Below are positions 18,570-30,577 of a stretch of 64,000 bases of DNA, piece by piece. Each line of letters starts with the position of its first letter. Position 1 is the first letter of the stretch. Position numbers and translations under genes: made by a program. The notes under the pieces are model-generated. The model saw only the letters and a program-made list of their open reading frames with translations. It made no database searches and had not been told where the DNA came from. The DNA is from an uncultured Dehalococcoidia bacterium (GTDB lineage: Bacteria > Chloroflexota > Dehalococcoidia > Lucifugimonadales > UBA3495), in assembly GCA_950072105.1 (NCBI GenBank), contig CATMOE010000004.1, forward strand, positions 32,454 to 96,453, in the 5' to 3' direction.

Positions 18570-20222
18570 TTACCCTCCTACACCTTCCACGGTAGGAGGG
18601 GGGATCTGGAATGGCGGCGTCAGATTGGGAATGGGCACCTCGATAACTACCGGGCGTTCGGCCTTTAACGCGGTGCGCAAGGCATCTCCCAGTTCCTGGT
18701 GGCTTCCAAGCTTGATGCCCATCGCTCCGTAGACCTCGGCTAGTTGGGCGAAGTCGGGGTTGTGTAACCGGGTGCCGATGACCCGTCCCTTCAACCGGTT
18801 CTGCTGCTCGATGTGGGACGCCCCCAGCATCTCGTTGTTAAAAACCAAAGTTACCAGGTTGATGCCTTCTTGGACGGCTGTGGCCAGTTCACTGGAAGCA
18901 TATCCAAAACCGCCGTCTCCGATGGTGGCCACAACTTGGCGATGTGGGTTGCCTACCTTGGCGCCCAAGGCCGTAGGAAAAGCGTAACCCAGGGTAGCGA
19001 AGTAGCTGGACGTAAGATAGGAGCGGGGCTTGAGGACCGGGAACGCCAGGTGGCTCCAGTAGCCGATATCCGTGGTACCGGCCACCATGATGGCGTCGTC
19101 GTCCAGTTCCCGGCGCATGGTCTCGATGATCTCGGTCTGCATGGGAGCCATCTCTCTGATGCGCTGGCTGGACTCTTGGCGGATGGACGCCATCTCGCCC
19201 TCGGACCACTGGCTGGTCCGAGTGTTCCCTCCCAACTCAGCAAGCAGTGCCGTTAGCCCCAGTTTGCCGTCGGAATTGATGCCAACCGTAGTCGGGTAGT
19301 TGCGGCCCATCTCCTCGGGGTCGGCGTCGATCTGGATCAGCTTTTGATGCGGCTGGATCGCCCATGGCACCTTGGGGGCCAAGTGCAAACGGCTTCCTAT
19401 CACCAGGATCACGTCGGCTTGAGGCAGGGCCAGGTAACCGGGGCCGTGGGCGTAAGCGAAGCAGCCCAACGAGTGGGGGTCGTCTTCGGGTATGGCGCCC
19501 TTGCCTTCGGCCGTGGTGATAACCGGGGCGTTCAGGGACCTGGCCAATTCCAGCAACTCGGCGGACAGATCGGCTTCACGGGCTCCGCCGCCGGCCCAGA
19601 TGACGGGGCGGCGGGCCTGAGACAGCAAAGCAGCGGCCTCTTTTATCAGACCGGGATCGGGTGAGGTTTTGGCGAAGATTTCCGGTTCCGGCAGTTCGGT
19701 ATCGCCCTTACCTGGGAGCATGTCCCAGGGAATCTCGATCTCCACCGGCCTGGGCCGGCCCGTGGACAGATGCTCCATGGCGGTTTGGACCATACCGGGG
19801 ATGTCTTCCACTCGGCCGGCTCGGGCACACCATTTGGTCAATTGTCGGAACACATCCAAGGACTCGCCGATCTCATGCAAGGCCCCCCGGTTCTGGCCCA
19901 GGTTATAGCTTTCGATCTGGCCGGAAACCAGAAGCACGGGTGACGAAGTGGCGTAGGCGGTGCCTAAAGCGGCGGTGGTGTTGAGGGCGCCTGGCCCAGG
20001 GACGACCAAACCCACGCCGGGCTTGCCGGTGGTGCGGGCGTATCCGTCGGCCATATAAGCGACGCCTTGTTCGTGGCGAGCTAGAACCAGGCGAATGCTG
20101 GGCTCGTGATAGAAGGCGTCGAATGCGTCCATTATCTGGACCCCAGGAAGGGCGAAAACCACTTCCACGCCGTTGCGGGCCAAGGAACCTACCAGGGCTT
20201 GAGCGCCGCTCATCTCAGGCAT
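18570..20222 (-). CDS. Thiamine-diphosphate-dependent enzyme (acetolactate synthase-like, probably catabolic)
   Basis: RHEQGVAYMADGYAR, PGPG, GRPRPVEIEIP, TLGYAFP.ALGAK, GDGGF...N ThDP motif. Confidence 0.92.
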   Translation of the reverse strand: MPEMSGAQALVGSLARNGVEVVFALPGVQIMDAFDAFYHEPSIRLVLARHEQGVAYMADGYARTTGKPGVGLVVPGPGALNTTAALGTAYATSSPVLLVSGQIESYNLGQNRGALHEIGESLDVFRQLTKWCARAGRVEDIPGMVQTAMEHLSTGRPRPVEIEIPWDMLPGKGDTELPEPEIFAKTSPDPGLIKEAAALLSQARRPVIWAGGGAREADLSAELLELARSLNAPVITTAEGKGAIPEDDPHSLGCFAYAHGPGYLALPQADVILVIGSRLHLAPKVPWAIQPHQKLIQIDADPEEMGRNYPTTVGINSDGKLGLTALLAELGGNTRTSQWSEGEMASIRQESSQRIREMAPMQTEIIETMRRELDDDAIMVAGTTDIGYWSHLAFPVLKPRSYLTSSYFATLGYAFPTALGAKVGNPHRQVVATIGDGGFGYASSELATAVQEGINLVTLVFNNEMLGASHIEQQNRLKGRVIGTRLHNPDFAQLAEVYGAMGIKLGSHQELGDALRTALKAERPVVIEVPIPNLTPPFQIPPPTVEGVGG

Positions 20223-20456
20223 GGCATACCTCTGCAGATATAGGTCGGCTATAGCCAACACATCATAAGCGACCGAGTTTCACTGTCAACCTGGGAAATG
20301 GCGTCGGACCTGGGGTGCTGTTGCCAAAAATCCAACCCGGTGGCAACATAGGTTGGCGATGTGGTTCGTGCTGTGAAATGCACACTAGGCTAGTCAATAT
20401 TGCTGATTAACCGTCGGACCAAATACAGTGCAACATTTGACTGATGCGTAAATTTT

Positions 20457-20497
20457 TACCCCCATCCTAACCTTCTCCCGTCGTGGGGAAAGGGATT
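20457..20497 (-). repeat. CCCC..GGGAGAAGGTTAGGATGGGGGT repeat (insert-free form)
   Basis: Reverse complement matches 58020-58058. Confidence 0.7.
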
Positions 20498-20600
20498 CGG
20501 CTTCTCCTTATTACGTGGGTAAAGTTTGTGGGGTGCTGGGCAGTCTATTAGATCCAGTCGGTTAACTATGATCAACTCTGCAAAAAAAAGGCGGGCATTG

Positions 20601-21803
20601 ATGACAACTAAACCCTTCCGTTCCGTGGCTTTGCCGGTCCGGGTGCATGGTGGACCCAATGTTATTGCACGTTTGTCCGATGAGGTTGACCGCCTGCGGG
20701 CGCAGCGTGTTTTCGTGGTCTGCGGCCAGACGGTGGCCCACAAAACCGATCTGCTGGACCGGGTGAAAGAGTCCTTGGGGGGAAAGTTCGCCGGGGTGTT
20801 CGATGCCGTTCAGGCCAGTTCTCCACTGCCATCGGTGGAACTGGCCACTGCCCAAGCCAGAGACGCCAAGGCCGACCTCATCGTGGCGCTGGGTGGGGGC
20901 AGCGCCGTGGTCACCACCCGTGCGCTCATAATCCTGCTGGCGGAAGGAGGCCGGGCCCAGGACCACGCCACCCAATATCCGCCGGGCCAACCGCCGGTTA
21001 GCCCGCGCTTGATGAAACCCAAGATTCCCAACATAGTGGTGTTGACCACCCCAACCACGGCGGTCACCCGCGCCGGAACGGCGGTGCTGGACCTGGAGAC
21101 CGGGCATCGAGTCGAGCTTTTCGATCCCAAAACCCGCCCGGCGGCCGTGTTTTTAGACACAGATGCCCTGCTGACAGCTCCAACCTGGTTATGCTTAAGC
21201 GCCGCCGCCTCCTGCTTCAGCGGTGTGGTCGGGGCGTTGCAGTCGCCGGAGCAGGCCAACCCGCTGGCCGAGGGCGATCTTATCCAGGCCCTTGGCCTCC
21301 TGCGGCGAGACATGCAACTGGTAAAATCCCAAGAGGAAAGCGGCCGATCCCGCGTCAACCTTTGCGCCGCGGCGATCTTGATGAACCGGGCCATGGATAG
21401 CGGAGCCGGTGGCGGCGGGCTCGGGGTGGTCAGTTCCTTGGCCCACTCCCTGGATAGCGGCTACCCGGAGTGCAGCCACGGTGATGCCTATGCCGTCCTG
21501 ACGGCTCCGGGGATCGCGTTCAACAGGGACTTCAACCTGGCTGGACAGGCCAGGCTCGCCTCGATCATGGGAGTGATGAACGGGGATATGGATGACCGGC
21601 GGGGAGCGGATGCGGCAGCCGCCGCCGTGGCGGAGACTTACCGGCAGTTGGAGATGCCTTCCAGACTTCGGGAAGTGGGCGTGCCTGAAGACGGCGTCAA
21701 ACAGATCGCTGTCGACTCGATGACCGACTTCGGGATAACCCGTAACGTGCGCCCGGTGAAAGACGCCGCCGAACTGGATGAGTTACTAAAGCAAATCTGG
21801 TAG
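20601..21803 (+). CDS. Iron-containing alcohol dehydrogenase family protein (divergent, maleylacetate reductase-like)
   Basis: ALGGGS, TTPT, P.AVFLD, AHSL...[18 protein letters not shown]. Confidence 0.85.
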   Translation: MTTKPFRSVALPVRVHGGPNVIARLSDEVDRLRAQRVFVVCGQTVAHKTDLLDRVKESLGGKFAGVFDAVQASSPLPSVELATAQARDAKADLIVALGGGSAVVTTRALIILLAEGGRAQDHATQYPPGQPPVSPRLMKPKIPNIVVLTTPTTAVTRAGTAVLDLETGHRVELFDPKTRPAAVFLDTDALLTAPTWLCLSAAASCFSGVVGALQSPEQANPLAEGDLIQALGLLRRDMQLVKSQEESGRSRVNLCAAAILMNRAMDSGAGGGGLGVVSSLAHSLDSGYPECSHGDAYAVLTAPGIAFNRDFNLAGQARLASIMGVMNGDMDDRRGADAAAAAVAETYRQLEMPSRLREVGVPEDGVKQIAVDSMTDFGITRNVRPVKDAAELDELLKQIW

Positions 21804-21855
21804 CCTGATCAAAGGCCGGGCCGATCGGACAAGACATAACCGGGAGGGAGCAACC

Positions 21856-23406
21856 GTGCAATATGACTTTATAGTGGTTGGGGCGGGTTCAGCCGGCTGC
21901 GTGCTGGCTACCAGGCTGTCGGAGGACAGCAGCAAGTCGGTGCTGCTCCTGGAGGCCGGACCGGATTATCCGGAGTACGAGAATCTGCCTGTGGACCTGA
22001 AGCAAGGCAACAACGTTTGGCGTTCGGCTTACGGCCCACATAGCTGGGATTACCGGGCCACTGCGACACCGTTACAACCGGAGCCGATCGTCATTCCCAG
22101 GGGCAAGGCTACAGGCGGCTCCAGCGCAATAAACGGTCAGGTGCTCTTCCGGGGTGTGCCCGAAGACTACGACAACTGGGCTGCATGGGGGAACACGGAG
22201 TGGGGGTTTACCAAAGTTCTCCCCTATTTCCGCAAGCTGGAAAATGACTTGGATTTTCGTGGAGACGATTTCCACGGCAACGAGGGACCCATCCCGGTGA
22301 GGCGCCCCAAATTGGAGGAAACGCTCCCGGCCTTTAAGTCCTTCTACGCTACCTGCGTGGAGATGGGGTTCCCAGTGGACCCGGACCAAAACCATCCCGA
22401 CTCCAACGGAATCGCATTACGGCCTTTGAACAACATCGACGGTGTGCGGATGAGCGCGGCGCTGACCTACCTCACATTGGCGCGGCACCGGCTGAACGTT
22501 ACTATCCGAGGCGGTGTTACGGCCCGGCGCATCATCTTCGAAGGAAAGAAAGCGGTAGGCGTTGAGGCGGAAAGCGGTGGCGAAACATTCATCGTCAATG
22601 GCGACCAGATCGTGGTGAGCAGCGGCGCCGTGGCATCACCCCAACTGTTGATGCTGTCCGGGGTAGGTCCGGCGGAGCACCTGGCGGAAATGGGGATCAA
22701 CCTGGTCCATGATCTGCCTGGAGTCGGCCAGAACCTGCGCGACCACCCGGCGGCCTTTATCCTCCTTCGAGGCACTGGGGAATCTCCCGATGAAGACGCA
22801 CCCAACATCCAGGTGGGCCTGCGTTTCAGTAACCCGGGGTCGCCCACCAGGGCTGACTTCCAGTTGGCCCCCATTCTCATGAGCAGCGAGCACCGCCCGG
22901 CCAGCGTAAAAATTGAAAGCGATGACTTCCATTTTGGCCTTAGCTGCGCCCTGCAGAACGCCACCTCGGCGGGTCAATTGAGGCTTGCCTCCACCGACCC
23001 CCACGTACAACCCGATCTGAACTACGACTATTTGTCGGATCCCGGCGACCGGGCCCGGATGCGGGAGGCCCTACGTCTAGCCCTAAAGATATCAGAGCAT
23101 CCCTCGTTCAGCGGGATGGTGTTGGAACGCCTGAACCCCACCGACGAGGACTTGGTGTCCGACGACACTTTGGACGACTGGATGTTGCGCAACGCCTACA
23201 CCCAGCACCATACGTCCGGGACTTGCAAGATGGGAGAGGCTTCGGACACCATGGCGGTGGTAGACCAGTTCTGTCACGTCCACGGCATGCAAAACCTGCG
23301 GGTGGTGGACGCCTCGGTCATGCCCGATGTTATCCGGGCCAACACGAATGCGACTACCCTGATGATCGCCGAACGGGTAGCCGACTGGATAAAAGAAGGC
23401 CGGTAG
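21856..23406 (+). CDS. GMC family oxidoreductase (choline dehydrogenase/MftG-like)
   Basis: [73 protein letters not shown]. Confidence 0.94.
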   Translation: MQYDFIVVGAGSAGCVLATRLSEDSSKSVLLLEAGPDYPEYENLPVDLKQGNNVWRSAYGPHSWDYRATATPLQPEPIVIPRGKATGGSSAINGQVLFRGVPEDYDNWAAWGNTEWGFTKVLPYFRKLENDLDFRGDDFHGNEGPIPVRRPKLEETLPAFKSFYATCVEMGFPVDPDQNHPDSNGIALRPLNNIDGVRMSAALTYLTLARHRLNVTIRGGVTARRIIFEGKKAVGVEAESGGETFIVNGDQIVVSSGAVASPQLLMLSGVGPAEHLAEMGINLVHDLPGVGQNLRDHPAAFILLRGTGESPDEDAPNIQVGLRFSNPGSPTRADFQLAPILMSSEHRPASVKIESDDFHFGLSCALQNATSAGQLRLASTDPHVQPDLNYDYLSDPGDRARMREALRLALKISEHPSFSGMVLERLNPTDEDLVSDDTLDDWMLRNAYTQHHTSGTCKMGEASDTMAVVDQFCHVHGMQNLRVVDASVMPDVIRANTNATTLMIAERVADWIKEGR

Positions 23407-23470
23407 GGTATCCAACTCCAGTCCCAGCCGATAGAATCAGATAGCAATCTTGTCACAGGATGGTTCTTCT

Positions 23471-24892
<1,422 letters not shown>

Positions 24893-24914
24893 GCGGGACG
24901 GCCCCAACCCCCGG

Positions 24915-25313
24915 TCACCAGAGAGGTAGGTCGCGCTCCTTGGCAACTTCTAAGCAAGTGGGACACCGGGCCGCTTCGGCGTGATTCTTGGCATCCCAAA
25001 CGTTCTCGCCCCTTAGTCCGCACAGGTAAAGAGGCTCTATCTCCTCTATTCCCATGTCCTCTACGTAGTGAACCTCGCCGCTCATGGCCGCAGTTGGCCA
25101 CCACCAAGGAGTAATACTGGCTGACAGGTCGCTAAGGGATGCCCTGAAGCTATCGAGCCAGCCCTCTTCGGGCAGTTCAACCATCCAGCGCCGGCCTGAT
25201 GGACCGGCCTCACGGGACGCCTTCAGTTCACCGTTGCGTATGCATTCCCGGATGTCTGCCTGAGACAGATTTAGCCGGTAACTGGCGTCCTGAATAGAAA
25301 GTTTCTCCACCAT
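24915..25313 (-). CDS. Hypothetical protein: excisionase/MerR-like HTH plus a C-terminal His/Cys zinc-finger-like domain
   Basis: LSIQDASYRLNLSQADIRECIRNGELKA..W pattern; VHY...YLCG...RCPTC; GGAGG RBS. Confidence 0.6.
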   Translation of the reverse strand: MVEKLSIQDASYRLNLSQADIRECIRNGELKASREAGPSGRRWMVELPEEGWLDSFRASLSDLSASITPWWWPTAAMSGEVHYVEDMGIEEIEPLYLCGLRGENVWDAKNHAEAARCPTCLEVAKERDLPLW

Positions 25314-25504
25314 TTCCTCCGGTTGGTCCCCAAGTGATCTGGACTGGACCCGCAAGAGTGCGGTGCGCCGAATGACGGTTATCGCTCCCTTGAGGCTTTA
25401 AGAGTCTAGGCGAATCCCCGCGTCTCCGCAAGGGAAATGCTCCGCGGCTTGTCCCCAGGTTTCTTTGGGGTCCCCCTGACACCATGATCGGTGGGCTAGC
25501 CGGA

Positions 25505-25524
25505 ATTATTCGGAGCCGAATAAT
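25505..25524. promoter_or_regulatory. Perfect 9-bp inverted repeat (candidate operator) between divergent genes
   Basis: ATTATTCGG-ag-CCGAATAAT. Confidence 0.45.
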
Positions 25525-25590
25525 CGGGGCGGGAACTTTTCTGACATCATGATCGTCTATATTGGTAGAATACAGGACCGAGGTGAGGTA

Positions 25591-26779
25591 ATGAGGAAGC
25601 TATTGGCAGTTCTGGGGTTGCTAACCCTTCTGATCGTTCTGGCTTGCAGCCCGAGCGAAGGCCGGACCAAGGAGAGTTTTCCGTCATCATCGGTCACGAA
25701 TCAGGATGACGGCGGGTTCTCCCGCTTAGTAGAGCAAGCAGTCGCCGCCGCCCCGATGGCTCCGCTGGCGCCCCGAGGGAGATGCGCTCCGAAATGCAAG
25801 TTCTCGCGAAGGTAGAGTCGGAATCCGCCGGGGGGGCCTCTGGCGCCTTGGAAATTGCCGAGCCGAAGGTCATATCCACGGCCTTCCTGTCGATAGAAGT
25901 CGATCTAGTGGAAGCGGCTACCACCCAAGTACGAGATATAGCCGATAGCCTGGGCGGGTTCCTGGAGAACCTGAACAGTTCCGGCGCTGATGAGGGCCAA
26001 CAGGCGAATATGACCGTTCGCGTCCCTCAAGCCCAGTTTTCCGACGCGGTGGAGCGCATCGAGTTGGTAGGCAAGGTGCAAAGCAAGAACCTGGGGTCCG
26101 AGGACGTGTCCGAGAGGTTCATCGACTTGCAAGCCCATTTGAAAAGCTCCATTCGAGAAGAGGAGAGCCTTCTGTCCCTGTTGGGACGGACGACTACCGT
26201 GAGCGAAGTCCTGACCATCGAGCGGGAGCTTACCAGAGTCAGGTCTAACATCGAGCGGTTCCAGGGTCAGTTGAACTTCCTGGAGCGTAGGATCGACCTG
26301 GCAACGATCACCGTGTCTCTGTTCTCTCCGGATAAGGCATCGGGCGAGCCGCCTTCGGCTTCCATGCGAATAGAGGTCAACGGCGTTACCGATCATGTGG
26401 ACGCGGTCAAGTCGCTGGTGGCCTCATCCAATGGGGTGTGGTGGACTCTGTTCTGGTGTCGCTGCGCAACGGAAAAGAGAGCGCGGTTATGACCGTTCCC
26501 GTGTTCTCCGACGACTTCAACTCAACCGTGGGATTCCTAGAAGACCAAGGCAGGGTGCGCAGCAAGGATGTGCAAGAAGGAAAACCGGGCGAGGATGGCG
26601 CGGCGTCCCCGGAAGAAAAGCCCAGGGCCAGGATCGACCTGACGTTTGTCGAGGACAGCAACTCGGTCAATATCGGCTTGATGGTGGCCATTGCCGCGCC
26701 CATCGGCGCGTTGGCCCTTGGAGTGATTCTGGGGATCGGATTCTTTGGTGTTTACCGCCGCGGAGGCAGGACTTCTTAA
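25591..26779 (+). pseudogene. DUF4349-domain lipoprotein split by two -1 frameshifts
   Basis: Lipobox (IVLAC) in 25591-25815; DUF4349 core (TVRVP...EDVSERFIDL...IERELTRV..IE...L) in 25782-26492; second repeat plus TM anchor in 26438-26779. Each junction is repaired by adding one base. Confidence 0.7.
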
Positions 26780-26859
26780 CTTCGGCTGCCCCATACCCCA
26801 GGATATTTTGTCTTCATCCAGTAGCGCTCCGGATACTTGGTCCGCGGCGCTACTGCTAT

Positions 26860-28563
26860 CTAGCCCTGCTGCTGTCCGGAGTTTTGTGTTAGAGGGTCTT
26901 CTAAGGTATCGGCCAAGGACCCGCCCGGCGGCACCATGGGATAGAGGTTGGTGGTGGGATCCACGACGAACTCGATCAAGAATGGCCCGTCGTGGTCCTG
27001 GGCGCGGCGCAACGCCGGCATCACATCCTCCCGGTCATCCACCCGCAACGCCTCAATACCGTATGCCTGGGCTAGCTTGACATAATCGGGGCCCGGTATC
27101 GGCACCGCCTTGAGGTGGTTCTGGAAAAACATCTCCTGCCACTGTCGTACCATTCCCAAATAACCGTTGTTGAACACCGCTATCTTTACCGGAAGCTTCT
27201 CTTCAGTTACCGTCGCTAACTCTTGCAGAGTCATCTGGAACCCGCCGTCTCCCGCGATGCTCCAAACCGGCGCGCCGGGCCGCCCGGCCTGCACTCCCAT
27301 GGCCGCAGGCAGTTCGTAGCCCATGGTGCCCAAACCTCCCGACGAAACGAAAGAGTTGCAGCGGTCGAAGAATAGGAACTGGGCCGCCCACATCTGGTGC
27401 TGGCCCACCCCGGTGACCACGACGGTCTCAGGGTTTTCCTGGATCAGTTCGTTCAAGTCCCGGAGAACGTGCTGAGCTTGGAGTTTATCGCTGCTGGGGA
27501 TGGCCAAAGAGGGATGGTCCCGTTTCATTCCTTCGATGTGGCCCACCCAGTCGGGCCGTTCCTTCCCCTTTACCAAGGGCAACAACGCTTGCAAGACAGT
27601 CTTGGCGTCGCCCACCAGCGGTACTTCCACCGGCACGTTTCGGCCTACTTGAGAGGCCTCAATGTCCAAGTGGATGATACGGGCATGAGGGGCGAACGTT
27701 GAAGCTTTGCCGGTAACGCGGTCGTCGAACCGCATGGCCAGGCCCACGATCACGTCGGCCTGGTCTACCGCCATGTTGGCCCAATACATGCCGTGCATTC
27801 CCAACATTCCCAGATTCAGGGGATGGTTCCCGGGGAAACCGCTCAAGCCAAGCAACGTGGTGATTACCGGAATACCCGTGGTTTCGGCCAGGGCTTGAAC
27901 CTCCGCTGAAGCCCCGGAGGCGATGATACCGTGGCCGCTGATGATCACCGGTCTCTCGGCGTCGTTGATCAATCGGGCTGCCTGTTGAATCCCTTCCAGG
28001 GTTTCGTCGGATAGGGGCGGTATTTCGGTCTTCGAGGCTTCAGGGAACTCGACTTCCGCTTCTTCCAGTTGAACGTCCCTGGGGACGTCGACCAAAACCG
28101 GCCCCGGCCGGCCTTCGCGGGCGACCTGGAAGGCCTCCCGCATGACGTTGGGCAGGTCCCGGGCGTTCATAACCATGAAGGTTGCCTTGGTGCAAGGAGA
28201 GACGATGGCGCAGGTGTCGCACTCTTGGAAAGCCTCGGAGCCTAGGGAGGGGCGGGCAACCTGTCCGGTGATGGCCACCATGGGTACCGAATCGGCCTTG
28301 GCTGCCATGATGCCGGTGACCAGATTAGTTGCCCCTGGTCCCGATGTGGCAACGCAGACCCCAACCTTCCCGGTGACCCTCGCGTAGCCGTCGGCCGCGT
28401 GAGCCGCAGCCTGCTCATGGCGAACAAGAATGTGGCGGAGTTGAGGGTAACCCCAGAGGGCATCGTAAAAGGGGAGAATCGCCCCGCCGGGGTGGCCGAA
28501 TATCACCTCTACCCCTTCCCGCAGTAGGCTTTCGCATATGATTGCCGAACCCTTGATCTTCAA
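26860..28563 (-). CDS. ilvB: Acetolactate synthase large subunit (paralog 1, monocistronic)
   Basis: FGHPGGAILP, RHEQAAAHAADGYAR, TSGPGATN, GMLGMHG, RFDDRVTG, GQHQMW, GDGGFQM, LGMVRQWQ. Confidence 0.94.
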   Translation of the reverse strand: MKIKGSAIICESLLREGVEVIFGHPGGAILPFYDALWGYPQLRHILVRHEQAAAHAADGYARVTGKVGVCVATSGPGATNLVTGIMAAKADSVPMVAITGQVARPSLGSEAFQECDTCAIVSPCTKATFMVMNARDLPNVMREAFQVAREGRPGPVLVDVPRDVQLEEAEVEFPEASKTEIPPLSDETLEGIQQAARLINDAERPVIISGHGIIASGASAEVQALAETTGIPVITTLLGLSGFPGNHPLNLGMLGMHGMYWANMAVDQADVIVGLAMRFDDRVTGKASTFAPHARIIHLDIEASQVGRNVPVEVPLVGDAKTVLQALLPLVKGKERPDWVGHIEGMKRDHPSLAIPSSDKLQAQHVLRDLNELIQENPETVVVTGVGQHQMWAAQFLFFDRCNSFVSSGGLGTMGYELPAAMGVQAGRPGAPVWSIAGDGGFQMTLQELATVTEEKLPVKIAVFNNGYLGMVRQWQEMFFQNHLKAVPIPGPDYVKLAQAYGIEALRVDDREDVMPALRRAQDHDGPFLIEFVVDPTTNLYPMVPPGGSLADTLEDPLTQNSGQQQG

Positions 28564-28732
28564 AAGGGCCTCCAAAAGACGCGCTGTCCCTGGTTAGTGC
28601 AGTTTAATCCTCTATCGTGTCCGTTGCTCGCGTCCACCGCTACTTATTCCGCCGGATTTTGATACCTGGTTAAGCCTTTGCTTTTGAGCCGATGCCCGTC
28701 AACCGGAACTTGATGTCCAGATTTTCTAAACA

Positions 28733-29008
28733 TAAAAAAGCCCCGGCCCTGATAGGGACGGGACGGAAAGTCGCCCGCGGTACCACCCTAATTGCCCCGG
28801 CTAACCGGGACCTCTCATTTAGGACACTAACATGTCCCACCGCTTCTAACGGGCGGCGATTCCGGCCTGGCTTACGCTCCCTCACCCGTAAGTGGGGGGT
28901 TCAGCTGGCAGCTCCGGAGGGATATTCGGTGAAGATCGATGCGCCTGCTTCCACCGTACCAGGCTCGCTATCCACCTACCCTTACCTACTCGTCTCCATC
29001 ACAGCTAT
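28733..29008 (-). promoter_or_regulatory. T-box riboswitch, probable Ile (AUC) specifier
   Basis: T-box AGGGUGGUACCGCG (28776-28789), terminator plus U-run, stem I with AGUA, GCGA/GGUGGA motifs and GAA-U-AUC specifier loop (28921-28923); upstream TTGACA-18-TACGAT. Confidence 0.88.
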
Positions 29009-29092
29009 TAGCGAAAATCGTACCATTTAGAGGGCTTAACTGTCAAATAACCCATCGACTAAGATGGCAATGGTCTGGACACCTTCAAGACC

Positions 29093-30289
29093 TTAATCGC
29101 CGTTGCCAGAGAGCGCGATGCCGATCCACCAATGGCGTCCCCTGGCCTTCCGTTGACGAACGAAGCCCATCTCCGATAGGTTTATGCCGAAGTCCCGCTG
29201 GCGGAGTGGTTTCTGATCGTTTTCGTCGCACCACCTCAAGTAGGCGATGTACAGCTCACGGGCCGTGGCTGCGTGCTTGTCGGCGGTTTCACAGCATTCT
29301 TCCACAAACCGGCCGATCAAGGAGTTCACGCTAATTGGCAGACTCGGCCCCGGTTCCCCGTCGGCGTTATCCTCGGGTTCGCTGCCGCCTTTCTCGCCGG
29401 CTGCATCTTCCTCCAACGGGTTCTCTGGTATTTCGCTGTGCGGCTCAAGCGAGGCCTCGTCCTCGCCCCCGGTTTGTTCCGCGATGACGTCCTCAACCCG
29501 CCCGTTCTCACTGGTTTCTTGGATTGAACCCGACCCATTGATAAGAACTCCGGAGTCGATCTGGTCCTCCAAGGCGAAGGGTAGATCGGTTGACATTGGC
29601 AGCGCAGTATCCGGTACAGGGTCGATGAAGTCTTCCGTTGGCAGGATTGGAGTTTTGGGTAGGGATTCATTGCAGGGGGCGGATTTCCCGTTGGCCACGG
29701 AGAATTTATTTTTGGTTGGGGTGGCCGGCGGCGATTGCGACGGGGATGACATCAACCAGTCTTGCTGCGCCGCCGGCCCAGTTAGCCAATTTCCCAGGGC
29801 CCGGCGATGGCGGGGCTCCAGGTCTACGCCCAGGCTGTTCGCCAATCGGTCCATGAAGTTGGTAAGACACACTACCAAAACAACGTCCAGGATCTGAGAC
29901 TCTTCTAGACCGGCGTCCCGAAGTTGTTCCACGTCGTTTTCGGTCAGGGCGCCGGGGACCTGGGTAATCTGTACCGCGAAGTCCAATATACGGCGGTCAG
30001 TGGAAGACAGAGGGGCCTGGGTATAGTCGGAAAGAAAGTGGCTGGCCATTTCCAGGTCTTGCGAGTGGCGGCGGAGGAAGCCCGCATGGGTCATTGCCCC
30101 ATACCGGCATCTGTTGGCCACCGAAACAACCGTGGCGATCGCCTCTTCCTGAACCCGGCTCAAGCCCGAGTTTCCGAATGAGATAACTTCATTCAGGCGT
30201 TTCACCACGTCCAGCGCTTCGGGTTTAAGGGACATCGCCTGGAAAATCGCGGGCACGTCCGGTAGTTCCGACTCTTCGATCCAAGCCAT
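29093..30289 (-). CDS. AhpD/CMD peroxidase-related protein fused via an acidic linker to a primase C-terminal-type winged-helix domain
   Basis: LSRVQEEAIATVVSVANRCRYGAMTH, L.DAGL....I.D.V.V....NF.DR.ANSLGV; C-terminal FVEECC...ARELYIAYLRWCDEN...F...L..MGF...R.....WIGIAL. Confidence 0.75.
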   Translation of the reverse strand: MAWIEESELPDVPAIFQAMSLKPEALDVVKRLNEVISFGNSGLSRVQEEAIATVVSVANRCRYGAMTHAGFLRRHSQDLEMASHFLSDYTQAPLSSTDRRILDFAVQITQVPGALTENDVEQLRDAGLEESQILDVVLVVCLTNFMDRLANSLGVDLEPRHRRALGNWLTGPAAQQDWLMSSPSQSPPATPTKNKFSVANGKSAPCNESLPKTPILPTEDFIDPVPDTALPMSTDLPFALEDQIDSGVLINGSGSIQETSENGRVEDVIAEQTGGEDEASLEPHSEIPENPLEEDAAGEKGGSEPEDNADGEPGPSLPISVNSLIGRFVEECCETADKHAATARELYIAYLRWCDENDQKPLRQRDFGINLSEMGFVRQRKARGRHWWIGIALSGNGD

Positions 30290-30577
30290 ATCAATTCCCA
30301 TATGCCGGGACTTGGGCGGCGCGATGTGCCGCCTTAAGAACGCCGTTCCCGGTGCTGCGGTGTAACTCTTTCGCTGAGGCCGGTTGAAGGGGAATCGTCC
30401 GGCCTCGGCCACATAGTATTAGCTGTCAGGTATATTCCCATACTAGAACACGGTCATCTTGTTTCAAGCCGCCGTTGCGACCCAAATGGTTTTGCTTGCT
30501 TAATCGAGGGCGATAACGGGCAAACCGCCCCACGAACGGGGAGAGGGTTTTCTGGAGCGAGAAGTTGTTGTGGTAGT

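Noticed and set aside
28670-29030. ORFs 28670-28885 and 28692-29030
   Set aside because: They overlap the T-box riboswitch and show no protein motifs.
30085-30115. Selenocysteine in the CMD protein
   Set aside because: The codon at the second-Cys position is GGG (Gly), not UGA.
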